Positions 27,087-36,828 of a DNA stretch of 64,000 bases are shown here, piece after piece. The position numbers and the translations under genes are program-made. Source of the DNA: an uncultured Solirubrobacterales bacterium. GTDB taxonomy: Bacteria; Actinomycetota; Thermoleophilia; Solirubrobacterales; 70-9. The first letter of the stretch is position 1. Each line of letters opens with the position of its first letter. The DNA lies in assembly GCA_963703175.1 (NCBI GenBank), contig OY969794.1:1974069-2038068 (forward strand), given 5' to 3'. The notes beneath the pieces were generated by a model. That model was not told the origin of the DNA and searched no databases. It saw nothing but the letters and a program-made list of their open reading frames with translations.

Positions 27087-27202
27087 TGGACCCGCCCGGC
27101 AGGGGTGGAACGTCTTGTACTTTTTCGTCGACGGCTTCGGGCGTCAGCCCATCCGCGATACACCGAAAAAGTTAAGTGGAACCCCTGCCGGGCGGGTCCA
27201 TC
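27085..27202 (+). repeat. Nested inverted-repeat element, copy A (22-bp perfect outer stem plus conserved inner boxes)
   Basis: GATGGACCCGCCCGGCAGGGGT (27085-27106) is the exact reverse complement of 27181-27202. Inner ACTTTTTCG (27119-27127) pairs with CGAAAAAGT (27164-27172). Box 1 CTTGTACTTTTTCGTC (27114-27129) and box 2 CACCGAAAAAGTT (27161-27173) are shared with the copy at 62940-63051. The element fills the gap between convergent stops. Confidence 0.75.
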
Positions 27203-27205
27203 GGG

Positions 27206-28105
27206 TCACAGAGGAGCGCGCACTTCGGCGAAGCCTATGTTGCCCGGCGGGTCGATCAGATCGGGGTGGAGGATGTGGCCGAGCAGCTCGACGCCGTCGA
27301 CCAGCCTTGGCCCAGGTCGCGAGAAGGTCGATGCGGCGTCGACGGCGACCACGCGGCCGGCGCCGAGCCTGGAAATCCGGTCCCAGTGCTCGACCGCTTG
27401 GGCGTGCGATTCGCTCACGTACCAGCCGCACGGCATCGCAATCACTACGTCGGGGCCGAGGCCCGAGAGCGCGCCCCACTGGACTTCGGGCGACTTGAGG
27501 CCGGGCGGGCCGGCGACGTCGTCGCCGCCGGCGATCGAGATCATCTCCGGGATCCAGTGGCCGCCAACGAAGGGCGGGTCAAGCCACTCCAGGGCGATCA
27601 CCCGCGGCAGGTTGGTTCCCGAGACGCCGGCCCGGACCGTTGCCAGCCGACCCTCCAGCTCGCCCCGCACCAGGTGGGCCTCGGACTCCAGGTCGGTGGC
27701 CTCGCCGAGGCGGATAACGTCCTCGAGCATCTCGCCCAGCGTGCTCGGATCCTGCTGCAGGACCTTTGGCTGGCTGGGCAGCCGCGCGGCGACCTCGACT
27801 ACGTCCTCGTAAGAGACGGCGCAGACATCGCAGATCGCCTGGGTGACGATCAGGTCGGGAGCGAGCTCGGCGAGCAGCTCCTCGTCCAGCTCGTACAGCG
27901 CCTGGCCTTCGCCGACGGTCGCCTTCACCGCAGTGTCGATCTCGCTGGCGCTGAGACCCTCGCCGAGGACGGTGCGGGTCAGGTGCGGCAGCGCTCGCGC
28001 CTGTGCCGGGAAATCGCACTCGTGGGTGACGGCAACCACGCTGTCGCCCAAACCAAGGGCGAACAGCATCTCCGTCGCTGATGGAACCAGGCTGGCGATG
28101 CGCAT
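27206..28105 (-). CDS. Cobalamin-binding / periplasmic-binding-protein (BtuF-like) family protein
   Basis: MRIASLVPSATEMLFALGLGDSVVAVTHECDFP is the typical N-terminus of this family. No signal peptide is apparent. Confidence 0.7.
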   Translation of the reverse strand: MRIASLVPSATEMLFALGLGDSVVAVTHECDFPAQARALPHLTRTVLGEGLSASEIDTAVKATVGEGQALYELDEELLAELAPDLIVTQAICDVCAVSYEDVVEVAARLPSQPKVLQQDPSTLGEMLEDVIRLGEATDLESEAHLVRGELEGRLATVRAGVSGTNLPRVIALEWLDPPFVGGHWIPEMISIAGGDDVAGPPGLKSPEVQWGALSGLGPDVVIAMPCGWYVSESHAQAVEHWDRISRLGAGRVVAVDAASTFSRPGPRLVDGVELLGHILHPDLIDPPGNIGFAEVRAPL

Positions 28106-28216
28106 AAGAGCCTCAATATGTCAGTCTCGCCGTTCCGCGGGCGAGAAAGCTATATTCATCAATTGCCGAATGGCCGAAGACGACCTTCCCCGAAGTACCG
28201 GGCTACATAGCCTCCG

Positions 28217-29524
28217 ATGAGCGTCCTGCTGCTTGTCCTGCTGCTTTTGCTGGTCGCGATCAACGGCTTCTTCGTCGCGGCCGAGTTCGCGCTGGTGCGG
28301 ACCAGGCGCGGCAAAATCGAACAGCTGGCTGAGGAAGGAGAGAGCGGCGCCGACACGGTCGTCAGCCAGCTCGACGAGATCGACGAATCGCTCTCCGCGT
28401 GTCAGATCGGGATCACGATCGCCTCGATCGGCATCGGCTTCCTCGGCGAGCCATCATTGGCAGCATTGCTTGAGCCCGTCTTCGGCGGCCTCTCGCACGG
28501 CGCCGCGGTTGCGCTCTCGGTTGGCATCGCCTTTGCCTTGGTCACCGCGCTCCACATCAGCATTGGCGAGCAGGTGCCGAAGATGCTGGCGATCAACAAT
28601 GCCGAGCGAACGGCGCGCCGCGTCTCGCGTCCGCTCAATTGGTTCCGTCTTGCCACCGCCCCTTTGACGATGGGGCTGAGCGCGATCTCCAACTCGATCG
28701 TCCGCCTCTTCGGCGTCGACCCCACCAACATCGATGAGAAGCACACTGCCGAGGACCTGAAGCAGATCATCGATAGTTCGCGGGTGGGGGGGACGCTCGA
28801 CCCGGGCGAGGCGGGGATGCTCGGTGGCGTCTTCCACCTGCACGAGCAGCAGGCGCGCGAGGTGATGACGCCGATCCCGGCAGTGGTCACGGTTGACGCT
28901 TCGGAGACGGTTGAGACGGCGCTACGGCGCTGCGTCACCTCGGGCCACACGCGACTGGTGGTGATCGAGGACGACAACCCCGATCGGGTCAAGGGGATCG
29001 TCCACAACAACAGCCTCGCCCGCCTCTACATGAGCGACGGGCCCGAGGCGAAGATTGAGCCGGTCGTGCGTGAGGCGGTCATCGTCCCTGAGACCCGCCC
29101 ACTGGACGACCTGCTTCACGATCTGCAGGTGCAGCGCACGTCGCTCTCGGTGGTCGTCGACGAGTACGGCCGCACGGTCGGCATCGTCACCGTCGAGGAC
29201 ATTCTCGAGGAGGTGGTGGGGGAGATCGAGGATGAGACCGATCCGCGCGCCGCGGCGCTGCGCCAACTCGCCGGTGGCGAATGGTTCGTTCGCGGCCATG
29301 TCTCGCTTGGCGATCTCGCCGACCGTGGGATCGAGCTTCCGGTCGACACCGACGCCTACAACTCGATCGGCGGCTACGTCTTTGGCGAGCTTGGCCGGCT
29401 ACCGAAGCGCGGCGACGCGATCACCGCCAAGGGCTACACGATCCGGGTCGAGTCGGTTCGCGAGAATCGGGTCGAGGCGGTGCGCATAAGTGGCTCCGGA
29501 GATTCCGTCCGCCCTGCGGCCTAG
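28217..29524 (+). CDS. CNNM/DUF21-CBS-CorC_HlyC hemolysin-family transporter-associated protein
   Basis: DUF21 TM region ([14 protein letters not shown]), a CBS pair, and a C-terminal CorC/HlyC domain ([20 protein letters not shown]). Confidence 0.85.
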   Translation: MSVLLLVLLLLLVAINGFFVAAEFALVRTRRGKIEQLAEEGESGADTVVSQLDEIDESLSACQIGITIASIGIGFLGEPSLAALLEPVFGGLSHGAAVALSVGIAFALVTALHISIGEQVPKMLAINNAERTARRVSRPLNWFRLATAPLTMGLSAISNSIVRLFGVDPTNIDEKHTAEDLKQIIDSSRVGGTLDPGEAGMLGGVFHLHEQQAREVMTPIPAVVTVDASETVETALRRCVTSGHTRLVVIEDDNPDRVKGIVHNNSLARLYMSDGPEAKIEPVVREAVIVPETRPLDDLLHDLQVQRTSLSVVVDEYGRTVGIVTVEDILEEVVGEIEDETDPRAAALRQLAGGEWFVRGHVSLGDLADRGIELPVDTDAYNSIGGYVFGELGRLPKRGDAITAKGYTIRVESVRENRVEAVRISGSGDSVRPAA

Positions 29525-29568
29525 GTTTCCTGAGCAACCCGCGTATCGCCTAACCCTGGAGGTATCGC

Positions 29569-29793
29569 ATGTGGGTTGTGCGCATGAGCGACAAGCAGCT
29601 TGAGGTCCTGAGGGCGTTGCTGCGCTCCGAGGAGCATCTAGGCCCGGCGCTCAAAGGAGCGGTCGAGGCACTCGACCTAGCCCGCTGGGACGACTTGCCG
29701 GAAGCCGAGCTCCCCTGGGAGGAAATCGAGGCGACCGCCCGCCGTCAGGGCTGCTCGCCGGCAGACGTAATTTGGGACATTGCTGGCCGATAG
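29569..29793 (+). CDS. Small acidic hypothetical protein (74 aa)
   Basis: A GGAGG sequence lies 7 nt upstream of ATG 29569 and GC3 is high. I do not recognise any domain. Confidence 0.4.
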   Translation: MWVVRMSDKQLEVLRALLRSEEHLGPALKGAVEALDLARWDDLPEAELPWEEIEATARRQGCSPADVIWDIAGR

Positions 29794-30615
<822 letters not shown>

Positions 30616-30652
30616 TGGAGACGGGTTCCTATCATGTTGCGGCGCGCTAAAG

Positions 30653-30673
30653 TTGATTGACCGGTCAATCAGC
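30653..30673. promoter_or_regulatory. Palindromic operator TTGATTGACCGGTCAATCAGC (18-bp perfect palindrome core at 30654-30671)
   Basis: Lies in the divergent hbd/thiolase intergenic region. It matches 18 of 21 positions of the site at 42589-42609 upstream of another acyl-CoA dehydrogenase gene. Confidence 0.55.
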
Positions 30674-30687
30674 GAACGGAGGCTTCG

Positions 30688-31872
30688 ATGTCAGGCAACG
30701 GAAATGGCAAGTTCGGCGGCCGCGAGGTCGTAATCGTCGAGGCGGTCCGTACGCCGATCGGACGCGGTCACCCCGAGAAGGGCTACTACAAAGACATCCA
30801 TCCTTCGAACCTGCTGTCCAAGGTCTACGGTGAGCTCTTCGAGCGCTCCGGCGTCGATCCCGCCGAGACCGGCGACGTCGTCACCGGCTGCGCTCAGCAA
30901 TTCGGCGAGCAGGGGGTCAACATCGGCCGCAACGCTTGGCTCGAGGCCGGCCTGCCGATCGAGACGCCCGCAACGACGATCGACCGCCAGTGCGGCTCCG
31001 CTCAGCAAGCGGTCAATTTCGCCGCGGCGCTGATTGCCACCGGCGTCCACGACGTCGCGATCGGCTCCGGTGTCGAGCACATGGGCCACATCTCCTTCGC
31101 CGACGGCTATGAGGTGATGAAAGAGCACGGCAACCCGTTCTCGCCGGAGCTGATGGAGCGCTACAACTTGATCCCCCAGGGCCTCTCGGCCGAGATGATC
31201 GCCGACAAATGGGAGATCCCTCGCTCCGAGCTCGATGAGCTAGGCGTCCGTTCCCAGGAGTTCGCCGCCAAGGCGACCGAGGAGGGCCGCTTCGAGCGTG
31301 AGATCGTGCCCTTCGCCGTCAACGGCGACACCTACGTCACCGACCAGGGCCTGCGCGAGACGACCCTGGAGGGCCTCGCCAACTTGAAGCCGGCATTCAA
31401 GGAGGGCGGCAAGATCACCGCCGGCAACTCCTCCCAGGTATCGGACGGCGCCGCCGCGGTGCTGCTGATGGCGCGCGAGAAGGCCGACGCATTGGGCCTG
31501 AAGCCACGAGCACGGATCTATGACCAAACCACCGTCGGGGTCGACCCAGTGATCATGCTGACCGGCCCGATTCCGGCGACCGAAAAGCTGCTCGAGCGCA
31601 ACGGGATGAAGATGGACGACATCGACCTGGTCGAGATCAACGAGGCCTTCGCCTCGGTCGTCGCCGCCTGGCGCCGCGAGCTCGATCCCGACATGGACCG
31701 GGTCAACGTCAACGGTGGCGCGATCGCCCTCGGGCACCCGCTCGGCTCGACCGGCGCCCGCCTGATCACCACCCTGCTGCACGAGATGGAGCGCACCGAC
31801 AAAGAGATGGGTCTGGTGACGATGTGCTGCGGCGGCGGCCTCGGAACCGGCACTCTCATAGAGAGGATCTAG
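30688..31872 (+). CDS. Acetyl-CoA C-acyltransferase (thiolase)
   Basis: Active-site Cys region (DRQCGSAQQA), NEAFA, GGAIALGHPLGSTG and CCGGGLG. Confidence 0.9.
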   Translation: MSGNGNGKFGGREVVIVEAVRTPIGRGHPEKGYYKDIHPSNLLSKVYGELFERSGVDPAETGDVVTGCAQQFGEQGVNIGRNAWLEAGLPIETPATTIDRQCGSAQQAVNFAAALIATGVHDVAIGSGVEHMGHISFADGYEVMKEHGNPFSPELMERYNLIPQGLSAEMIADKWEIPRSELDELGVRSQEFAAKATEEGRFEREIVPFAVNGDTYVTDQGLRETTLEGLANLKPAFKEGGKITAGNSSQVSDGAAAVLLMAREKADALGLKPRARIYDQTTVGVDPVIMLTGPIPATEKLLERNGMKMDDIDLVEINEAFASVVAAWRRELDPDMDRVNVNGGAIALGHPLGSTGARLITTLLHEMERTDKEMGLVTMCCGGGLGTGTLIERI

Positions 31873-31907
31873 GCGACTGGCCGCTTAGCCAGTAGTCTCC
31901 CCGACCG

Positions 31908-33086
31908 ATGGACCTGAGTCTCTCACCTTCGGAGCTGGAGTTCCGCGACGAGGTTCGGACCTGGCTGGAAGAGAACCACCCGGGCCCGGAGCCTGAGGCT
32001 GGGCTCGAGGAGGTCATGGCCTTCCGCACCGAGTGGCAGGGCAAGCTGCACGAAGCGGGATGGGCCGGGATCTCCTGGCCGAAGGAGTACGGCGGCCGCG
32101 GCGCGACCCTGATCGAGCAGGCGATCTTCGTCGGCGAGGCGGCGCGCCAGGAAGCGCCGAGCCCGGCAAATGTTCTCGGTTTGGCGATGGGCGGTCCGGT
32201 CGTGATCGCCCACGGCACCGACGAGCAGAAGCAGCGCTACCTGGAGCCGATCCTCACCGCCGAGGAGATCTGGTGCCAGGGCTTCTCCGAGCCCGAGTCG
32301 GGCTCGGACCTCGCGTCGTTGAAGACGAAGGCGGTAAAGGATGGCGACGAATGGGTCGTCACCGGGCAGAAGGTCTGGACGACCTTCGCCCAGTACGCCA
32401 AGTGGTGCATGCTGGTCGCCCGCACCGACCCCGATGCCCCCAAGCACAAGGGCCTCACCTACTTTCTGATGGACATGGATCAGCCCGGCGTCGAAGCAAA
32501 ACCGCTGGTCCAGATAACTGGCGAGGGCGAGTTCAACGAGGTCTTCATCGAGGAGGCCCGGATCCCCGACGCGAATGTCGTCGGCGGTGTCGGCAACGGC
32601 TGGTCGGTGGCGATCACGACGCTGATGAACGAGCGCGCTGGCCTTGCCTTTGGCGCGATCTCGCAGATCTCCAACAGCCTCAAGCGGCTCACCGAGCTGG
32701 CGCAGGAGACGCGCGTCAACGGCGGCAGCGCCGCTGACGATGCGCTGCTTCGCGACCGGCTCGCCCAGCTCCACATCGAGGCCGAGACGATGCGGCTGAA
32801 CGCCTACCGCGGCCTGACCAAGACGATGCAGTCGGGCATTCCTGGCCCCGAGGGCTCGCTCGGTAAGTGGCAGTGGGCCGACATCAACCAGCGCATCGCC
32901 GAGCTGGCGCTCGACATCGAGGGCGCCTACGCGCCGCTCGACCGGGGCGCCGAGCACGCCGTCGCCAACGGCGCCTGGCAGTACGGCTTCCTGCGTTCGC
33001 GCGCTAACTCGATCGAGGGCGGCACCACCGACATCCTCAAGAACATCATCGCCGAGCGCGTGCTTGGTCTACCGAGGCTGCGATAG
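31908..33086 (+). CDS. Acyl-CoA dehydrogenase
   Basis: ACAD N-terminal, middle and C-terminal domain layout (CQGFSEPESGSDLASLKT, WTTFA, IEGGTTDILKNIIAE). Confidence 0.85.
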   Translation: MDLSLSPSELEFRDEVRTWLEENHPGPEPEAGLEEVMAFRTEWQGKLHEAGWAGISWPKEYGGRGATLIEQAIFVGEAARQEAPSPANVLGLAMGGPVVIAHGTDEQKQRYLEPILTAEEIWCQGFSEPESGSDLASLKTKAVKDGDEWVVTGQKVWTTFAQYAKWCMLVARTDPDAPKHKGLTYFLMDMDQPGVEAKPLVQITGEGEFNEVFIEEARIPDANVVGGVGNGWSVAITTLMNERAGLAFGAISQISNSLKRLTELAQETRVNGGSAADDALLRDRLAQLHIEAETMRLNAYRGLTKTMQSGIPGPEGSLGKWQWADINQRIAELALDIEGAYAPLDRGAEHAVANGAWQYGFLRSRANSIEGGTTDILKNIIAERVLGLPRLR

Positions 33087-33098
33087 GAGCTTTTCCCG

Positions 33099-34223
33099 AT
33101 GTACTTCGACCTCACCGACGAGCAGCAGGCGATCAAGTCGACCGCGCGCGATTTCCTCGCCGCCCGCTACAAATCGGAGCGGATCCGCGAGCTGGCCGAG
33201 AGCGAGAACGGCTTCGAGCAGTCCGATTGGGACGAGATGGCCGAGCTCGGCTGGCCCGGCCTGGCGCTGCCCGAGGAGTGGGAAGGACAGGGCCTCGGCA
33301 TCGTCGACCTCGCCGTCCTCTTCGAGGAGATGGGCTACGCGTTGGCTCCCTCGCCGCTGCTCTCGACCACGCTCGTCGGCCTGGCGCTGACCCACTGTGG
33401 CTCCGACGACCAGCGCGAGCGATACCTGCGACCACTCGCCGCCGGTGAGAAGCGCGGCGCGCCCGCGCTCTGGGACGCCGGTTCGCCCGGTAACCCCGGT
33501 GTCTTCACGATGGAGGCGAAGCCTGCGGGCGACGGGGTGGTCCTCGACGGCGAGAAGGTGTTGGCGCCCGATGCCGCTGCGGCTGATTTCTTCGTTGTCG
33601 CCACCTCCGACGGCAAGCGCCACCTCGTCGACAGCGGCGCCGATGGCGTCACCGTCACGGCGGAACCGTCGATCGACCTGACCCGCCGCATCTACTCGGT
33701 GCGTTTCGAGGGCGTCCAGGTTGCGGCCGGCGACACGCTGCCAGCAGAGGGCCCCGACTACTACCCGGTCTTCTTCCGCCTCTGTGTCGCCCTTGCGGCT
33801 GAGTCCACCGGGATCGCGCAGCGGACGATGGAAATGGCCGTCGAGTACGCCAAAGACCGTCAGCAATTCGGCCGCCAGATTGGCGCGTACCAGGCGGTAT
33901 CCCACCGCTGCGCCCAGATGCTGCTCGAGACCGAGAACGCTCGCTCCGCTGTCTACGGCGCCGCCTGGGCCGCGGACGCTGAGCCCGACTCGCTGCCGCT
34001 AGCCGCCTCGATGGCCAAGGCCTATGCCTCCGACGCCGGCTGGCGCGTTCCCGATGCTTCGATCCAGGTTCACGGCGGGATCGGTTTCACCTGGGAGCAC
34101 GACCTCCACTTCTTCCTCAAGCGGGGCAAAGCGAACGCAGCGATGTTCGGTACTGCCGGCTGGCACCGCGAGCGGGTCGCCGACCTGATCCTCGCCGAGG
34201 CGCCGGTCCCCGCACCGGCCTGA
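33099..34223 (+). CDS. Acyl-CoA dehydrogenase (second, adjacent paralogue)
   Basis: ACAD fold motifs (FGRQIGAYQAVSHRCAQM, IQVHGGIGFTWEHDLHFFLKR). It lies 12 nt after the previous ACAD gene. Confidence 0.85.
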   Translation: MYFDLTDEQQAIKSTARDFLAARYKSERIRELAESENGFEQSDWDEMAELGWPGLALPEEWEGQGLGIVDLAVLFEEMGYALAPSPLLSTTLVGLALTHCGSDDQRERYLRPLAAGEKRGAPALWDAGSPGNPGVFTMEAKPAGDGVVLDGEKVLAPDAAAADFFVVATSDGKRHLVDSGADGVTVTAEPSIDLTRRIYSVRFEGVQVAAGDTLPAEGPDYYPVFFRLCVALAAESTGIAQRTMEMAVEYAKDRQQFGRQIGAYQAVSHRCAQMLLETENARSAVYGAAWAADAEPDSLPLAASMAKAYASDAGWRVPDASIQVHGGIGFTWEHDLHFFLKRGKANAAMFGTAGWHRERVADLILAEAPVPAPA

Positions 34224-34225
34224 TC

Positions 34226-35254
34226 TTGTCCGCTCTCGACCGCATCTCGGTTGCCGCGATCGGCGTCACGGTCGCCGACCTCGAGGCGGAAGCCAAGCGC
34301 GCCGAGGCGGCCGGGGTCGAATGCGTCTGGGCGCCGGAGCTCTTCCGCTCCTCGGTGACGCAGGCGGCCTACCTCGCCGGTCGCACCGAGAAGATCGGCG
34401 TCGCCACTGGGATTGCCTGGGCGTTCACCCGCAGCCCCTTCATTGTCGCGATCAGCGCGCTTGACATCGACGAGATGTCGGGCGGGCGCTTCCGCCTTGG
34501 CCTCGGCTCCGGCGTTAAACGGCTGAACGAAACCTGGCACAACGCCGAGTACGGCAAACCGGCGCCGCACCTGCGCGAGGCGATCGAGGCGACGCGGCTG
34601 ATCATGCAGCAGGCGGGCAAGGGCGAGCCGATCCGCTACGAGGGCGAGTACTACGACATCGACATCAAGGGCTGGGTGCGGCCGCACCCAGCGCCGCGTG
34701 AGTCGGTGCCGATTTACACCGCCGGCGTGCAGGGCGGCATGTGCCGGATGGCCGGTGACGTCGCCGACGGCCTGATCGGCCATCCGATTCAGAGCCTGCG
34801 CTGGATCGACGAGGTCGTCGTCTCCTCCTTTGAAGAGGGCCTGAAGCGTTCCGGCCGCGAGCGCAAGGACTTCGACTACCTGCCGACTGTCTGCTGCGCA
34901 ATCGACGATGACGAGGCGCAGGCGATCGATATGGCCCGCCGCACGATCTCCTTCTACGCCACGGTCAAGACCTACATGCCGCTCTGGGAGCTGCACGGCT
35001 TCGCCGACAACGCGGTCGCCGCGGGGGAGGCCTTCCGGCGCGGTGACCTACCGGGCGTCCCAGCCGCGATCAGCGACGAGATGGTCGAGACCTACTGTGC
35101 CGCGGGCCCGCTCGACAAGGTCCGCGCCCGGGTCGAAGCGACGGCCGAACGCGCCGATGGCCTCTTCCTCACCCCACCGACCTACTTCATCTCCCCCGAG
35201 GAGCTGAGCGAGTACCAGAACCGCCTGATCGACGCCTTCGGCCCGGGGGCTTGA
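34226..35254 (+). CDS. Luciferase-like monooxygenase (LLM) family oxidoreductase, possibly F420-dependent
   Basis: LLM TIM-barrel pattern (AEAAGVECVWAPELF..., FRLGLGSG, IGHPIQS). The cofactor assignment is an inference. Confidence 0.7.
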   Translation: MSALDRISVAAIGVTVADLEAEAKRAEAAGVECVWAPELFRSSVTQAAYLAGRTEKIGVATGIAWAFTRSPFIVAISALDIDEMSGGRFRLGLGSGVKRLNETWHNAEYGKPAPHLREAIEATRLIMQQAGKGEPIRYEGEYYDIDIKGWVRPHPAPRESVPIYTAGVQGGMCRMAGDVADGLIGHPIQSLRWIDEVVVSSFEEGLKRSGRERKDFDYLPTVCCAIDDDEAQAIDMARRTISFYATVKTYMPLWELHGFADNAVAAGEAFRRGDLPGVPAAISDEMVETYCAAGPLDKVRARVEATAERADGLFLTPPTYFISPEELSEYQNRLIDAFGPGA

Positions 35255-35535
35255 GCGGCAAAGGCGGAGAGGCTCGCGAGCTCGAAGTGCTCGCTCGTGT
35301 AAGCGAGATCCCAGAGGGGTTTGTGCGGACCTACGGCGACGTCTCGCCGGGAGCGCCGCGCTTTGCCGGTGCGGTGCTGTTCGAGTGCGACGATCCGGAT
35401 TTGCCCTGGTGGCGCGTGGTCCGGGCCGACGGCTCGCTCGCCAAGGGCGCTCGGCAGAAGCAGCGCCTGGTGGCCGAGGGGGTGCCCTTCCGCGGCGACC
35501 GCGTCGACATGAAGTCGGCTCGCCTGCCGCCTTAG
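35251..35535 (+). CDS. MGMT-family DNA-binding protein, alkyltransferase-like (ATL; active-site Cys replaced)
   Basis: IPEGFVRTYGDV...PWWRVVRADGSL: the PCHRV motif reads PWWRV, so the acceptor Cys is absent. GTG 35287 is an alternative start. Confidence 0.7.
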   Translation: MSGKGGEARELEVLARVSEIPEGFVRTYGDVSPGAPRFAGAVLFECDDPDLPWWRVVRADGSLAKGARQKQRLVAEGVPFRGDRVDMKSARLPP

Positions 35536-35999
35536 AGCCGTTTGCGTGCGGGCGAGTCGGGCGCGCTTCCGCAGAACTCCGGAGCTGGCCCAAGCACCAG
35601 TTGACGGCGCCAGACCGAGGCCTGGGGCAATGCGGCAATGAACTCGTCGGACGGCTCGCCACGCGCCTTGTCGAACCACTCGACGCCGTCAGGGATCTGT
35701 GCCGCCCCACGCTGCAGCGAGTAGATGCCGCCCCAGCCGTCGGCGGCAAGTGCGGCGCCGCGATCGTGGTCGCTGGCCCTGACCGCGTCGACGGCTGCAT
35801 CGTTCAGCTCGCCAATATCTGCCCAATCCTCGACTAGGTACCAGTCCTCGTAGCCACCGCCGTCGGCAAACGGCAGCTGCGTGATTTTGAACGAGGCAGA
35901 CGGGACCTCGATCGCCGCGTGGAAAGAGCGCTGTGCATCCTCGTAGGCCGTGGCATCGACGTCCGCTTTGGGGCGATGCCAGAAGAGGTAGGCGAGCAT
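35532..35999 (-). CDS. Conserved hypothetical protein
   Basis: MLAYLFWHRP... ORF with high GC3. ATG 35999 is preferred over TTG 36014. No domain recognised. Confidence 0.5.
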   Translation of the reverse strand: MLAYLFWHRPKADVDATAYEDAQRSFHAAIEVPSASFKITQLPFADGGGYEDWYLVEDWADIGELNDAAVDAVRASDHDRGAALAADGWGGIYSLQRGAAQIPDGVEWFDKARGEPSDEFIAALPQASVWRRQLVLGPAPEFCGSAPDSPARKRL

Positions 36000-36022
36000 C
36001 TCGCGACCATACAATCGACCCG

Positions 36023-36496
36023 ATGATTCTGCGCCCTCTCGAGCCCGGCGATGTAGCCGAGCTGCGGCGCATCCGCGAAATGCCGCAGGTCAGGCAATGG
36101 TGGGACGAGGTTGAGGAGGGTTTTCCCCTAACCGACGAGCCGGAGGCGACTCGGCTGACGATCGAAGTCGATGGCGCGATTGCCGGGATGGCCCAGTTCA
36201 GCGAGGAGAACGAGCCTAAATATCGTCATGCCTCAGTCGACTTGTTCGTCGACCCTGCGCTGCACAATCGTGGTGTTGGCAGCGAGGTTGTGCGGCGCGT
36301 GGTGCGCATCTTGATCGAGGAGCGCGGCCACCACCGGATCACGATCGACCCAGCGACCGAGAACATCGCCGCGGTTCGCGCCTACGAGAAGGCCGGGTTC
36401 AAACCGGTCGGTGTAATGCGGCGCTCCGAGCGCGATGTGGAGGGCGACGGCTGGCACGACAGCCTGCTGATGGAGCTGCTCGCCGAGGAGCTTTGA
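36023..36496 (+). CDS. GNAT-family N-acetyltransferase
   Basis: ILRPLEPGDVAEL..., motif A HNRGVGSEVVRRVV, NIAAVRAYEKAGFKPVG. Internal ATG 36023 is used. Confidence 0.75.
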   Translation: MILRPLEPGDVAELRRIREMPQVRQWWDEVEEGFPLTDEPEATRLTIEVDGAIAGMAQFSEENEPKYRHASVDLFVDPALHNRGVGSEVVRRVVRILIEERGHHRITIDPATENIAAVRAYEKAGFKPVGVMRRSERDVEGDGWHDSLLMELLAEEL

Positions 36497-36511
36497 GGCC
36501 TCTGAGTGCCG

Positions 36512-36724
36512 CTACTCGTCGCGCGGGGTGATGCGGAAGACCGAGACGACCTCGGCGTTGTGCGCCTCTGGATGGACGACGTAAGCGCTGGGTCCGCCGC
36601 CAAACCAGCCCGACGCTTCGTTGTTGCCGACGAAGATCCCGGGGTGGTGTTTGCCGTCCCCGTCCTCGACCCAGACCTTGTCGCCCTCCTTGAACCCGTG
36701 ATCCTCGTTCATCGCCGCCAGCAT
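36512..36724 (-). CDS. Small hypothetical protein
   Basis: MLAAMNEDHGFKEGDKVWVEDGDGKHHPGIFVG... (SH3/Tudor-like feel). The start is ambiguous (36772, 36724 or 36712). Confidence 0.4.
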   Translation of the reverse strand: MLAAMNEDHGFKEGDKVWVEDGDGKHHPGIFVGNNEASGWFGGGPSAYVVHPEAHNAEVVSVFRITPRDE

Positions 36725-36777
36725 AGACGTGCCGGTGCTGCGATGCCCATATGGACCTCGCAGCACCGGCACGTCTC

Positions 36778-36818
36778 CGACCCGGCCCCGAGTTGACCTT
36801 GGCTTTGGGGCCGGGTCG
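36778..36818 (-). terminator. 12-bp perfect GC-rich hairpin (CGACCCGGCCCC / GGGGCCGGGTCG) downstream of the 36829-37338 gene
   Basis: Seen directly in the sequence. Arms are at 36778-36789 and 36807-36818, with a 17-nt loop. Confidence 0.45.
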
Positions 36819-36828
36819 GCTGCCCGTC

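Noticed and set aside
27085-27202. Interpreting the nested inverted-repeat elements as integron attC sites or as MITEs.
   Set aside because: GTTRRRY-like heptamers (GTTAAGT, GTTGAGC) are present but lie inside rather than at the ends of the palindrome. No matching RYYYAAC partner occurs in copy A and no integrase gene is present. MITE copies would share terminal repeats, whereas here the outer stems are unrelated in sequence.
28106-28216. A possible cobalamin riboswitch upstream of the BtuF-like gene, or an Mg/M-box element upstream of the CNNM gene.
   Set aside because: The spacer is only 111 nt and is shared by two divergent genes. I could not find a B12-box-like (GCCACTG) core or M-box features.
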